Shown in pieces: positions 10,569 through 27,800 of a stretch of 64,000 nucleotides of DNA. The position numbers and the translations under genes were made by a program. The notes under the pieces are model-generated. The model saw only the letters and a list, made by a program, of their open reading frames with translations, was not told where the DNA came from and did not search any database. The stretch's first letter is position 1. Each line of letters begins with the position of its first letter. Source of the DNA: Nymphaea colorata (lineage: Eukaryota); assembly GCF_008831285.2 (NCBI RefSeq), contig NC_045138.2:20150001-20214000 (forward strand), given 5' to 3'.

Positions 10569-13500
10569 ATGGGTCGCCTGCAAGGTGCTCAAAATCCGGA
10601 AGCCCTTCAACACCCAGAGGATCAACATCCTCAACCCCCTCAGCACCGCCCCGAAGCTCCTTTTGCCCATCAGAACCCACCTTCAAATGCGCCGCCGGCC
10701 GACTGCCCGCCGCAGAGCTCAGAGAAAGCTACCCAGTTCTCCTACCATCCGCCTGGAGCTCCTGCTGTAGCTTACCCACCACAGTCACCGGCTCAGCGTC
10801 AGGCCGTCCCTTTCCCGCCAACTGCTCCGCCCTGTAGCCCTTCAAATGTGCCGCCGGCGAACTACCCGCCGCAAACTCCAGAAAGACTTAACCACTTCTC
10901 CTCCCAGCCGCCTGGAGTTGCAGTAGCTTACCAACCACAATCACCCGTCCCTTTCCCGTCAAACGCTCGGCCTTATGATTTCCACCAGGCTGCTGCTTTC
11001 AAGCCTCAGCCCGTGAACTGCCCGCCGGTAGATGGGCCGCCTTACCCTCAACCGCAGTACCGTGCGGCAAACCCTCAACAGCAGTACCCTTCGGCAACTT
11101 TCAGTAGCGGTGCCCCCTGGACGACTGGATTATTTGATTGCATGGATGATCCAGCCAATGGTATGTATTTCCACCACAAAAAAGCATGGAATCGACGACT
11201 TGCGGATTGGCGGCCGTCGTTCAAAGTCGATTTTTACTGAGTCTATTATTACTGATGTTCATACGTGAAACGAGAGTGTCGATGAATATGGAGTTTCACT
11301 GACATTCTAAAAAAATGAATTGATGAACTTACGCCTTCATCAGCGCGTCCGGACTGCATGTCGGAAAGTTGATTTGTACGCCGGAATCCTTCCGACATAC
11401 CATATATTAGTTGAGGATGCAATCTAAGTCGCTTAGCTCATGATTTATGTCTTCTCGTTGATCTAAAAGATAAAAATATTATTCGAGCAACCCATATATG
11501 GTTTCCGTTATGCACTGGATTGACCTTTATGTGCAAAAAAACGTATTCAAATGATTTCTCATCTATTAAATTTTGAATCAAATGGTGGTTTTTAAGTGTT
11601 AGATAAAGTACATTGCATCGAATTTGTCTATGGGCAATGGGATGCACGCGATTATATCAGTATTTATTAATGCATTGAAATTAAACATGTTTAAACGAGA
11701 GTTAATGTTAACAGCACCTGCAACTGTAAACAAATACTCACATGTACTTAGTAGATCGAGGCTGTCGACGTAAAGGGATGGAGTTGCGTTCATTTTTAGA
11801 AGATCAACTCTAGCAAACCAAAAGGCAGCCGTCAACCAGAAGTTACCTTATATGTATCAATTTCTAGCGGTCTATTCGTATTAATTATATAATTACACAG
11901 CACCCATTAACGCTCATTTCTAGTGCTATTCATGGCCATATTTTTCACGATTATTTGCATTTTCACAACTCTTGGCTGAAAATTTTACCTCATAAGTTTT
12001 TATATTACAGTATTTCAATTAAAAGAACGCAAAACAAACTTGGTTGCTCATGAAAATACATCAAATTTTAAGGGCTCAAAAAAAGTCGCGAAAGGTCGAA
12101 ATAATATAGTTGATTCACTTTTTTTTATTATTATTTTGAATCTCGGACATACTTGTGTCCATGTGTGTGTGCAAAGAAACAAGCGACAAACCAACAAATC
12201 CCTTCGTTTTGAACACTTTATCACTCACCTTATTCACATTCTTCTTGATGAACATAACTTTTACATGCGAAACTTTTAAAATCTAGCAAGTTATTGTTTT
12301 TCAACTAAATTGACAATGAGATTAAAGTAAACTGTTTTAATCTTTTAGGCTCCCAAACGTCACCTTGCATGTTCTAGAGCATGACTTTTATTTGGGTTTA
12401 TATGTCTTAAGTATGCAAATTGCTTCTACAAGATTGTTTTCTCAACTCTTACAAATATCGTCAAGCTGTCAGGCCAATTGAAGAACATAATTTCTTTGGC
12501 AATAATATATATATATATATAGAAAAATTGAATGGCGAAACTGATTTGTAAGATTCGTACATTCATCTAATCTAGGACATTTGATCCATCCTTATGAATA
12601 GTTACTTAAGATAAAAACAAAAACAAAAAGGTGATGGACATTTTCATAATTTAGTATTTGACACATTTTTTTTCTTTCATCCATCTACTTGCTTCAGATG
12701 AATGACCCTCCTAAGATGGTTATGTGATATATATATATATATATATATATATAATGAATGAATAGTAACTCTGACGATCCAAAGTCACCAAGGGCGCTCT
12801 TGAAGACCATTTGATGACGAAAAATGAAAAAAAATATTTAACTAATATCACATGATAAAAATTCCTATCACATTTTCCTCTTTAACTTTTAATCGTTCAT
12901 TTCATATTGTTTCTGTTGTTTCTTGTAATTGGGGCGGCGTATGAGATGGGGAAATTATTGAATGATATGGTGTTTTTTATTTTATCTTTTATATGTTTTG
13001 GCTGCAGCCCTGATTACAGCTTTCCTTCCTTGCGTGACATTCGGACAAGTTTCTGAGATACTGGACAACGGCAACCGTATATATCTTCCCTTCCCTATTT
13101 CAAAGCCTTAACATTCATCCATCGGCTTCATTGAGGACAACTAAACGTTTCATTTTGGTGAAATTAATTGGCTGTGCAGCATGCCTCACCGGCGGGCTCA
13201 TGTATGGCGTACTAGCCTGGTTAGGAGTGCCCTGCATCTTGTCATGCACTTACAGAACGAAGCTGCGAGCCAAGTACAACCTGCTGGAGTCCCCTGCTCC
13301 CGATCTCATTACTCACTTCCTGTGCGAGCCCTGCGCGCTCTGCCAAGAGTACAGGGAGCTCAAGAACAGAGGCCTGCACCCAGGGATTGGTAAGCCTGCA
13401 CTTTATAAGTGTTATTTGGTTTTATTTTGGAGGCACAATTGATAAGGTCAATAGCTGGTAGGTAGGAGTGAACACCAGCCGAGTTGAGTATGAGTTTAGT

Positions 13501-15266
13501 CAGCTCAAGCTTGGCTCGACTAATGAAACCTCAAGCTCGAGAACAGCTCGACAAAAGCAGCTCGAGTTCGATTCGGCAGTTACGTGTTGTGCTCAAGCTC
13601 GACTTGATTAATGCTCGATATACTCATTTGAATAGAATTGATATTGATCGTTACGTGTTGAGCTCGAGCTCAACTCGATTAAGGCTCGACAAACTCGTTT
13701 GAATATAATTGATATTCATCGTTACTTGTTGTGCTCGAGCTCGATTCAATTAAGACTCGACAATCTTGTAAGGTCGTTTGAATATATCGACTTGATTAAG
13801 GCTCGACAAACTCGATTAAAGCTCGAGCTCGACTTGGCAGTTACGTGTTGAGCTCGAACTCAATTGATTATTTGAACAAGTCAACTCATGAACTGTAACT
13901 CGACTCATTAAGCAAATGACTTGGCTCGAACTCGTTCACAAGCTGAGCTTTAACCAGTCGAACTCGACTCATTATTCACCCTTACTAGTAGACTGCTGGC
14001 CACTAATTCAAAATTAGGTGTGAATTGGGTCACTCGGTTGGAAGTGTTTCTTGATTCGCTATATAAGATTAAGACCGATGTATTACACATAGCATGTACA
14101 ATATATATATATATATATATACACGATTGAAAAAAATGTAAAATAAAAAACAAAACCCTCCTAAGAGGATTGTGCTACTGTCAGTATTAGTATTGCATTA
14201 GGTAAACATGGTATAGAGATGTTCCAATATGAGCCGCAATTGTTGTTGGTCTATTGATCCACAATAATATAAGTTAAAACTATATCTTCCGGACCCTCAA
14301 AAAATGCAATAATTTCACAAATATGCAGTTTAATTAAGATTTCACGTTTCAATAATTAAAAGTACACTATATTTTCTTTGGGTTTTTTAGTTATTCGTAT
14401 TTTTTGGAATGTATTTACTTATATTTTTGCAACGATAATATAGCAACGTATAACACTAGATGTATTACATATGAATACATGAGAGTACATAGATTCAATA
14501 CTGTGAGAGTCCAACGGCTTACGTAATGAGATCTTCACCACGAAAATCAATTCTCACCATGAACATCATCAGCAAATTAATTAAGGCTCAGACTTCTGAA
14601 AACTGCGATATTGGTAGTGCCAAATTATAATTAGTATCAAATTGCCGCTATAGAATCAGCTTTCAAAATCCTGGAATTCCAAAACCTCTACCAATATACG
14701 GTTTCTGAAAATATACAAATGTATGCATAAGAAATGTCACAACAGGAGGATCCACTGGTGCAACGATATATTTTGGCTTAAGGGTCACTAATTCAGTAAC
14801 TTTAGTGCTTTTAAAAACACACACACATATATATAAAGATAGATAGATATCAAAGCATTAATATAAAACTAAACATACCTTGTGAGGTTGGTGTAGGCAA
14901 CTTTCCACACCAGCAGTAGCCGAGCCAAGTTGTGGATGGAGTGGGCAATTGCCCACACTGGACCACTAAACTTACATTATTTATATATAAAAACCTCATT
15001 ACTTTTTAATTTTTTATATATGAGTGTTCCTTCAAGTTTGAAATTTATAATTAGAATGCCTCTTAACAAGAAATTTCTGGTTTCAAGACTGCACACCAGC
15101 CACCTTGTGGCTCCGCCACTGAGATCCATTCCCCTTTAGTAACTTGTGATTGCTTATAGTGGGGTGACTTTAATTTGCAGGATGGCAAGCCAACGTGGTG
15201 CTCCAAGCTCAACGACAGCAAGTGAATATGACACCCCCAGTGCACCAAACAATGGCCGCCCCCTGA
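10569..15266 (+). CDS. PLAC8-family protein (PLANT CADMIUM RESISTANCE 6-like / FW2.2-CNR-like), copy A, about 318 aa
   Basis: Exons 10569-11160, 13008-13076, 13180-13389, 15181-15266 (957 nt, all phase-1 GT-AG introns). Motifs [64 protein letters not shown]. Pro/Gln-rich N-terminus. Confidence 0.92.
13463..13984. mobile_element. hAT-type MITE (TAGGGGTGAACA family) in PCR-A intron 3
   Basis: Ends TAGGAGTGAACA ... TATTCACCCTTA. Degenerate 8-bp TSD CTGGTAGG / CTAGTAGA. Internal CTCGA(G/C) repeats. Homologous to 23734-24207 in opposite orientation. Confidence 0.85.
14914..15121. mobile_element. Small MITE in PCR-A intron 3
   Basis: CAGTAGCCGAGCCA ... TGGCTCCGCCACTG (12/14 inverted match). TSD not clean. 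Confidence 0.5.
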
Positions 15267-16194
15267 GCTGCAAGAATTACGACTCCGAGTTTAATTCGCG
15301 ACAAGTTAATTACTTTGGTTTTTGATCAATTCTTCTCAGAGTGTTTCCAAGTCAGTTGATTTAAGCCATGATCTGTAATTGTTTTCTTTATACGGTGTGA
15401 AGATCCATCTCGTGATGCCAGTTTGATCACATAAATAATAAATCGTTCTCATTTGTGATTCTTCTTGATGATGTCTAGTGGAGCCAGAAAAATTGGTAGA
15501 AGGGTACTTGTTTAAAAATATTCAAATCTCGTGGGTCACTTTTATATATATATATATATATATATATAATGGCCCATTGAAGATGCCTTTCGATCTTATG
15601 CTGAAATTAAATTTGTATGAAGGCCATGGATTCATTGCTTCAAAAGGCATAACATAGTTAGTTGGGTTGGCGAGTTGGTGAAAGTCTGGTTGTCAGTTTA
15701 ATTATCATGGACGCTACAGGGGAAGGGGGGGGTCTCGCTCTTCACGCGTGAATGAAAAAAGCTATTACAAAAGTTCGTTTCTATAAAAATGAGAGAAAAG
15801 AAAAAAAATTATCAAATTATATATATAAATGAAAAGAAATGAAATAATGCAAATTTATTTACAATAATGCCCTTAATATCTCCTATTTTGATTATACATA
15901 TTGATAACAATTATTTCCTCTATTTATTTCCAACTTTTTTGGGTGTCTACCAATGTGGTAGTTGAACATTCAATTAGTCACGTTAATCCCTTGTTCTGTT
16001 TTTGGTTCCAACAGGTAGTTGGATTTCTTTTCTTCATGTGTCATAGTGATAAATACGATAAACGAGTTTTAAACAGAGAGGCTTTTCTTAGGTGTTTTTT
16101 GGCAAAGTAATTTTTGGCAAAATCCTAAAAATTAGGAAAATTTAAAATAAATTAAGACTTACAAGATAACTTAAAAAATAAGTTGAGAAAGTCA

Positions 16195-16650
16195 GAAATG
16201 TCAACAGATCAGATTTGAATCACATATACACTTAACTGTATCCCTTTTTTTGTATTTACATATGTGGGTTCAAATTCTAATGGATGTGAGCAAAGAAGAG
16301 TCATATCCAATCCGATTTTTACAACATATTCGAATCCAAATATGAAATCTGATTTCATAATTCAAATCTCGATTTGAATATGATTTTTAAATTCATATCC
16401 GAATATGAATTCAAAATCTGATTTCATGATGCCAATCTTATTTTTACATTCATATTCGAATATGAGCCTGAATTTTGAACCGAATTTTTTTTTTGCCAAT
16501 TTTCAAAATGTAAGAGCTTTAGATACGAGATACTTAGTTAAAAGTAAATCCGATCTGGATCTGAATCCAATCATAGATTCATGCATATTTAAACCTGAAT
16601 CTAATCAATGTCATTTCATAAGTCCCAATCAGTTTTGATTTTGAATTTCG
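16195..16650. mobile_element. Degenerate DNA-transposon remnant rich in ATCCGAAT/TTCGAAT motifs
   Basis: Repeated CATATCCGAAT/TTCGAAT/AAATCTGA motifs. Similar remnants lie at about 17130-17570, 22605-23200 and 46225-47010. Boundaries approximate. Confidence 0.5.
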
Positions 16651-19352
16651 ATATTTTTTTTTTTTCCATATCTTCATTCTTGTTGGGTGATGTGCACGCA
16701 ACTTAATCTCCCTGAAGTTAATTAAAGCCACATGATGACAGTGAAGTACAAAATATAATGACCAACCATTTAATTATAAGAAACTAAATTATGCACTAGA
16801 GGCACTCATATGTAAAAAACTAAAAGTTAAAGTTAATGAAGTTTTTATCTCTAAGTAGTTTATTTTTTTCCAGCAATAATGCAGCACCGCTACTGCAGCT
16901 GAATCGGTCACAACTTTTTTCATGTGTTATTTCGCAGACATGATGAGTCACCGGCAACCAAATTTAGATTTGACTCAATCAAGTAGAAATGTATAAAAAA
17001 GAAATTATATGTGTAACATATAATGTAAGCAAATATTGAGATTGATTGATTGCTTGAGATATTTTTCTTGTATGAGATAATAATATTGGAACTGTTGCAT
17101 ATACATATTTGCAAAAACTTTACGTCCAGTGAATAAACCGGTGTGTTAATAAATTGGATTTGGATCAATTACAAACGAATATGAAAATAATTAACATCAA
17201 ATTAAAAAAATAACATCTTGTTCTGAGTAAAGAAATGACATCCGATCATATTTAAATTTAGATCGATTTCAGTTTTAAATAAATATCGTGCATCAAATGT
17301 CCATACATTTTGAACGTCAATTCTTGATAATATTACAGTGCTGCACACATTTGGTTTAAAAATTGGATTTTTTTTTGTCATTCGAATGAGAATTTTGAAA
17401 AATTGGATATGGGTCGGATCTATACTGTGAATTTGAGTTCAAATCCAGGTACAACGTAGACTTTTCTTCATCATATTTTAATCTTTCTTCAAATCCAAAT
17501 ATGTGAACATTTGAAAAAACATATATGGCCAAGAGTATATTCTATCCCAATCTTAACTATTGACATCTACATCAATAACTTAAATAAGTGTTTTGTAACT
17601 TCTTTTTCATGCCTTGATACCACCTCATTGACTTGTTTAACTTAACCAATAAAATTATCAACAATCTAATATCCATAGGTCATGTGATGTCGACACATGA
17701 GATCTGCCATTTGAAAGTATAACCTATGTTGGGGCGGAGCCAAAAAAATTTCATAAGGGGAGCCAAATTATAGGAACAAAATCTTGACAGGGCCAAAATA
17801 TTAATTTTTAAAATTTTTATATACGATAAATAATTAAAAAAAATTATATGCCTTCTATTGGCTCACCAAGTGTTAGAATCTTCAATGCATTATTGTTTTA
17901 GAACTCCAACACGCTAGTGCATTGCCTCGTAAACTTTTCTCTTCAAGAAAAATGAAGCTTTAAAAAAATACTTACTTTTCGTGGAAGCCATCGAACAAGC
18001 GAGCGATTTTTTTAAATCTATCATAAGATTATAATCTAGTAATATAAAGTAACATTGAATAGAGCAGCACCTAACGTTTTCTACCTTTTCGAATTAACGA
18101 ATATTTTCGTTTAACAGATGAAAATAGCTTCTTTTGAAAGCATGCATAAAATACAGAGTCCAAAATGAAAATTTTCTAATATTTTAACTAGTTGGACCCG
18201 GTCTCTCGGTGCTCCTGCCTCTGTCATACATTCTTTGTTAACAACAGGATGGGAACACCCATCAATACTCATGCCATTGAACAAAATGCAACATTGATGG
18301 TTTAATTAATTTTTTTAAATGTAGTTTCAGAAAAAATGTTTAAAAAATGTTCAGCTAGCTAAGAGCAGCTAGGAAAGTGAGTTTCATGTCATGTCATTAA
18401 TATGGAAACACATATTTGGATGAGCAAGTTGTTCATCCCACCATCCGAAACGATGCTCGAAGGCCCTCCCATTCTCTCTGCTTTCGGGTTTTGAGTTGCG
18501 TTGGTGTCAACGATAGCAACGGTACACCCTTCAACTTGAATGTTGTGTCGTAATATCTTAAGACACATGAACATAATACCAACGGGAGTCAAACTAAAGA
18601 CCTACCTTTATATAGACCCCTAACCCGATTAGTTACACTATGCCCCTTGAAACAACACCATTATCTATAAAGGTATGTTTGGTTCACTATTGCTCTTAGA
18701 TTTACGATTATCTAAGATCTTAAATTCATGAATTTAAGTTCACACCATTCATCCCCTCAAATCCACAGTTTCTTATATGCAATGTGGATTTAAGATTTAA
18801 GGTTACCGAGATCGATGTTCCAAAACAGACCTTCTAATGCAACCTTGAATTTAAGATCTAAGCTATCAAACACAATTTGAAGAATTTTTTTTTTAGGTTC
18901 CACTTTAACTTTTGTAGGACTTTCTTTTTAAGCAATAGGGATACTTTGGTCATTTTGAGCCCATATGCAAGGTCCCTTAACTAAATGCACCTCCATCCAT
19001 TAAACGCGTTGACGTAGTACTTTTGGTTGGCCAATCTATTTTTCCTTTAATTCATACCGGGTCAAAATATTCTTTTTTTAATTTAAGTATTAAATTTTAG
19101 AAATCTGAAGAAGGCCACAGCCCATAGCCGCATCTCCTTGGGTCCGCTCGACATTATCAACAGCCAAAAGGGTCAACGAAAACGGCCTCCTCGTCCATGG
19201 TTTCAGGCTTTCAGCCTCCAATTTGGCAATTTCTCTCGAACCGCGTTGTGTGAAACGCACGGATCTGCACCCAAGCCGTTTAGATTGGAGGGTATTTTAG
19301 TAATTTAAAATAAACAAATGAACATTTTCAATATTTCACCTATTCTGTTTCA

Positions 19353-19731
19353 TGAGCCAGCACAAACTCGACCTCGACTCGACTCAAAAAATGCGAGCTT
19401 GAACTCGCTCGTTGGAGCTCGAATACAACTCGTTTAGGTTAAGAATATCTTGTATTTTAACTCTTTAACTCTATTAACTCATTTAGCTGGATTAAATGTT
19501 ATAATTGCTAGTCATTTAATTACTTTTTTATAGTAATTCAATATTGATTGTGTAGTCAAACCCAATAAAGTTTAAACAAGTCGAGTTTTTTGAACTTGAT
19601 CTCGAACCATACTCTTTTTATAGTCAAGCTCAACTCGTGACTCTTTTAATATTTCGTACATACATTTGAATTCAAAATTCGAACTGTACTCGTTTCTAGT
19701 TGACCTCGACTCGACTCGCTGTGCAGCCCTA
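19353..19731. mobile_element. hAT-type MITE (TAGGGCTGCA family) upstream of PCR-B
   Basis: Right end ...GTGCAGCCCTA. CTCGAC subterminal repeats at both ends. Left TIR degenerate. Confidence 0.6.
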
Positions 19732-20082
19732 TTTGGAACCAGCGACGAATCTTCTTGCGTAATGCCAAGCTCGCCTGAGAAGGGAACACCATCATCACGA
19801 CAAATAAACTATGGTCAGGACTCCCTATCAAACGTTTCACATCTCGTATAGGACAACCGCAGCCACCTCTCCATACCGAACATTTTGACCTCAAATATGT
19901 TCATATATCAGGCTACGGGCTTGATTATCTTGTTCTCAAGTCAAGTCAACTACAATAATGTCAACCAGATGGAATTATCACTTTACAGTACACTAAGCCT
20001 TCGAGTCTTTATATACATGTTGCATTTTCTTATAAAAGATATACGTGACCGGAGCCTCACATTCGCCGGCCGGAAAATTGAA

Positions 20083-23482
<3,400 letters not shown>

Positions 23483-23733
23483 GATCCAAGATCTAGAACT
23501 CGAAGTTTAATGAGAGCTTTGGTTCTTTATCAGTTCTCTCAAATTGTCTCCAGTAGTTTGGTTTAAGACATAATTTGCAAATGTTTTTTACTCGTAGTGT
23601 GAAATTCGATCTCATTATTGAGCAGATAAATAAAATGTGGTGTATTATTTGTGGTTATCCTAAATGATTTGTCTTCTTCGTTGTAATTATAATGTTTACA
23701 AGTAAATGCATATATGGTATATATAGTTGATCC

Positions 23734-24207
23734 TAGGGGTGAACAAACGACTCGAACTACTTGAGCTCGAGTCGTTAAAGCTTTGCTCGTGAATGAGTTC
23801 GAGCTGAGTCATTTGCTTAACAAATCGAACTTGAGTATGAATCGACTCGTTCAAATAATCGAGTTAAGTTTGAGCTCAACACATAACTGTCGAGTCGAGC
23901 TCGAGCCTTAATCGAATTTGTCGACCCTTAATCAAGTCGAGATATTCAAATGAGTTTACGAGTTCGTTGATCCTTAATCGAGTCGAACTCGAACGCAACA
24001 CGTAACAATGAATATCAATTCTATTCAAATGATTTTGTTGAGCATTAATCGAGTCGAGCTTGAGCTCAACATGTAACAACCGAGTCGAACTTGAGCTGCT
24101 TCCGTCGAGCTATTCTCGAGCTCGAGCCAAGTCGAGTTCGAGGTTTCATTAGGCAAGTCGAGCTTGAGCTGACTGAACTTGGGCTGACACGGCTGTGTTC
24201 ACCCCTA
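23734..24207. mobile_element. hAT-type MITE (TAGGGGTGAACA family) between PCR-B and D-LDH1
   Basis: Perfect 12-bp TIRs TAGGGGTGAACA / TGTTCACCCCTA. Degenerate TSD GTTGATCC / TTTCATCC. TCGAG repeats. Confidence 0.88.
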
Positions 24208-24788
24208 TTTCATCCACAGGTTAACACTTATATTTGGAAAGCCAGCTATGTTTTCCAAAATTTTTGATAACCAACCTGGTTAAGAAACCAACCTGCAGTT
24301 TACATATAGTAAAAAACAGAGAATTAGTCTCAACAGCATGTGGGTTTCAAATTCTAGTGTTGTTTTCTCCATGATACATATTTGCGCTTAGTTACGAAAT
24401 TTCGTGACTAAGAGTTGAATTTTAATTTTAATATTCGTCTCAATGATCCAGTCAAAACTAACTAGCGATCTCCGTTAAATTCGATAAATCAAAATTTTAT
24501 ATTATTAGATTAAAATCTGAACTTGATGTTCAAATCAACTTTCAATCCAATCAGTATATGGGTCTGAATTTTATCGGATCTTAATTGGATATAAGACTCG
24601 AATTCAGATTTATATTGGGAATCAGAACCATTGAATTTTATAATCGCTTTAAGCTAATTTTATAGGGGATAAAATGGAAAACACGGTTTTGGAAAATAAC
24701 GGAAATAATGGGACGGTTTTGGATGTCGGTAAGGAAGCTACGGACTACCACGGAAAAAAAAAATCAAACCGGGACCGCGTTCGCCACC

Positions 24789-24795
24789 TATAAAA
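24789..24795 (+). promoter_or_regulatory. TATA box of D-LDH1
   Basis: CACCTATAAAAG about 105 bp upstream of the ATG. The identical context occurs upstream of D-LDH2. Confidence 0.65.
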
Positions 24796-24895
24796 GCTCT
24801 CCCTCCAAGAGAGTGCGATAACTCATCACCTTTCGTCGCTTCTCCACTCGGTATTCAGTGACGTGGCCATTCTCTGTGCTTTTCTCCTTTCTTCC

Positions 24896-27800
24896 ATGGC
24901 GTTCCGTTCCTGGTTCTCTCGCTTCAGTCCCTCCCACAGGCACATCGCCCGAGCACTCTCCGCCATCAGCTCCCGTGAACAGTGCTCTTCTCTTTCTGAA
25001 ACCCTACTTCCCAAGCGAAGCGATCGTCGCTTCCCCTGGCTCGCTGCTCTTCCTATGGCGGTTGCTCTCGCGTCCGGAGCCGCCGCGCTCGACTTCGTAT
25101 ATCGGGATCCGTCCCTCTGCGAGTCTTCGCAAGGGCTTCAACGGTATCGAACTCGCTAGCTTTCCGTTCTGGTATAGTTAGCTTGGATGACCGATTCTTG
25201 GTCCAGATTGGATGATCGACATTACTCTATATATATAGTTTTATTTGTTTCTTGCTTCATCTACTTACTTTTTTTTTTCGTCTGAAGAATTTCTTGTGTC
25301 GAACCGCAGAGTTGGAGGCAAAGAAAGTGGGAGGGTGGTGGTCGAAGGACATCCTCGGCGTGCGCCGCAGGAGCTCATTGACGAACTGAAGTTGATTTGT
25401 GATGTGATTTCATCCTTCTCATCTGTTTCATAACAGTTGGTGTCAGTTTTTATTGGAGTTCTCATATTGTAAGAATTTACAGTTGTTTAATGGTTTTACA
25501 TAGGAAATTCGTGGTTCGTGTCGGTCTTGATAGCTCTCAATTGTTAGCACCGTCTATCAGGAGTTTTTGGTGTCTAAAAGTTGGATATAACAACTCAAGT
25601 ACTAAGGAAGGAAAAAATAATCCTATATTGAGGATTGCGGGATGCTCATGTCTTGTGTTACTAATTGTTCTAGCTTGTGATCATTTTAGGTGTGAACTGA
25701 ACCGGGCTATAGTGTGGGTTGAGATCCACTAACTAAATTAAGGCTGATGAATTAGTTTCGCGCCAAGTTGTTACAGTTGGTCATAGAGCTAATACTTTCA
25801 CTGTTGCACCTATGGTTTCACGTGTACATACATATGCCTTAAAGAGGGTAGATCGTGTCATCATGTGTGTGATATAGTCTTGTAGTAATCTTATCTTTTT
25901 TTTTTTTTTTGCCCATTTTATGTACTACTGACTGCTGATCTTATTAGTTTGTGGCCTTTTCAACTGCGAACTGAAACTAGCTAAGAGACAGGTAGTAATT
26001 TACGAAACTAATCACTCGGGTCAGCTTTTGGCCTGAGTCATTACGATTGGTATAACTGTATAAGAGCCAATTTCAACATGCGGACCTGAAGGTCTCATAC
26101 ATGAGGATGTGAAAAGAATTGAGAATAATCTCATATTAACAATTTGAGAAATATTTATGGGTTGAATGCTTGCATGCAATTGTCATGGTTTAAACCCTTC
26201 CAGGTTGCAAATTAAAGCCGTTATAGGCGGGTCATGTTGACTAGAATAGATACTCAGGCCAGGTTGCTGAAATTACTATTAGAACCAAGTTACTTGATGT
26301 TCTACATGTGCAGACATGGATGCTTGAGAGGGGTGCATTCTAGCATCCCAAATATGTGAGGAAGGATTCAAGAATAGTCCTATGTCTAAGTTTTCAAAGT
26401 TGTTTAAGGGTGTGTATACTGGTGTGCTATATTACCAGTTGTTCTCTTTTATAGCCTTTTTGGCATGAACTAAACCTAGCTACAAGAAAGGTTCGGATTC
26501 ACCAAATCAAGGTGCACATGTCGGGTTTGAGCCAGGTTTTAATGGTATTTCAGCTGTGCTGTGATGGGATCAGGGAAAAACTTTCATTCTCTTAAGGTCA
26601 ATGTGTCAGTCCTTAATTAAGAAGTTCCAAGTTGATTTTTACTTTCTGTTGCCATTTGCTCGTGCTCGATCACTTTCATATATTTATGAAAATTCTTGGA
26701 ATCATAAAACTACACGATAGTTTCCATCTTAATTGGCACTTGGCACCTATACCTTTTATGTTATTGCATTTTTTCTGGCTATATCAATTGCAAGGTGCCG
26801 GGTTGATGTTTTTGTTTTGCACTAGCTTTTAAGAGATTCCATTCATCATGTTCTTTTTTTTTAATTTTATTATTAGGGTAATTTGACATTGGATTACGAG
26901 GAGCGAGATTTTCATGGAAAACCTCAGCATAGTTTTCATAGAGCTGTCAATATTCCTGATGTGGTTGTCTATCCAAGGTGTGGTTCATTTTAAAAAATTC
27001 TTTTGCAGTTCTTTCTTCTATTTATTTCCAACTTTTTTGCATTTTTTCCCATGTGGTTGTTGAACATTTGATTGGTCAGGGCCCTGCCTCCGATATCTAG
27101 TCAGCTTGGATGCAGATTATCCTTAGCTGGGCCATTGCAGAACAATTGACACCTGTTCAAGGACAGGACTGCAAATTTTGAAACACTCTTAGGCTTTATG
27201 TAAAAAAGCATAACATGTATACAAGCTGGGTGGTCTGGGTTGATAACCTGGTGTTTCCAACCTGAATCTGTATTTTCCTATTATTTATTATTATTATTAT
27301 TATTATTTATGTTTTCTCTTGTTCAATGGCCAGTTCAGTAGTCAGCTTGACACAGCCATTCTTGTCGCTGCATTGAGAAGCATGCCAATATCTTTTTTTG
27401 CTCAAACTTCTTGAGAAGAAAATTCAAAAGAGGCTTGTTTTTGATGCAGTGATTAGAGGGTCATCCTACGAAAAGACATGATGAAAGCGAAGGAACAATG
27501 AAAAGAAAACAATGACAAAAGAAGAAGCTGAGATGAATAATCACCATCAATGAATAATCCCAAAAGAAGAAAACGTAACCCTTAAATGGGGTCTATAAAC
27601 AATTATCTTGGATCTCTTAATGGATCCAGGTCCAAATGAAAAAATAACTAAAAAAATGAATGATGACTAATTGGATCCTCTATCCTGTGTCAGTGTTTTT
27701 GATATAGTTTGAAGAATTTGTGGCTGTTTGAGAAAAGCAGTATGACATTCATTTGCTGCATTTTGTTATTATCTAGCATTGAAATGTTTTATTGTCCAAG

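Noticed and set aside
13484..13960. Regularly recurring CTCGAG motifs resembling a CRISPR-like array
   Set aside because: Eukaryotic context with no fixed repeat-spacer periodicity. These are hAT MITE subterminal repeats.
18278..18657. Possible solo LTR with a reverse TATA box
   Set aside because: No clean TSD or terminal repeats.
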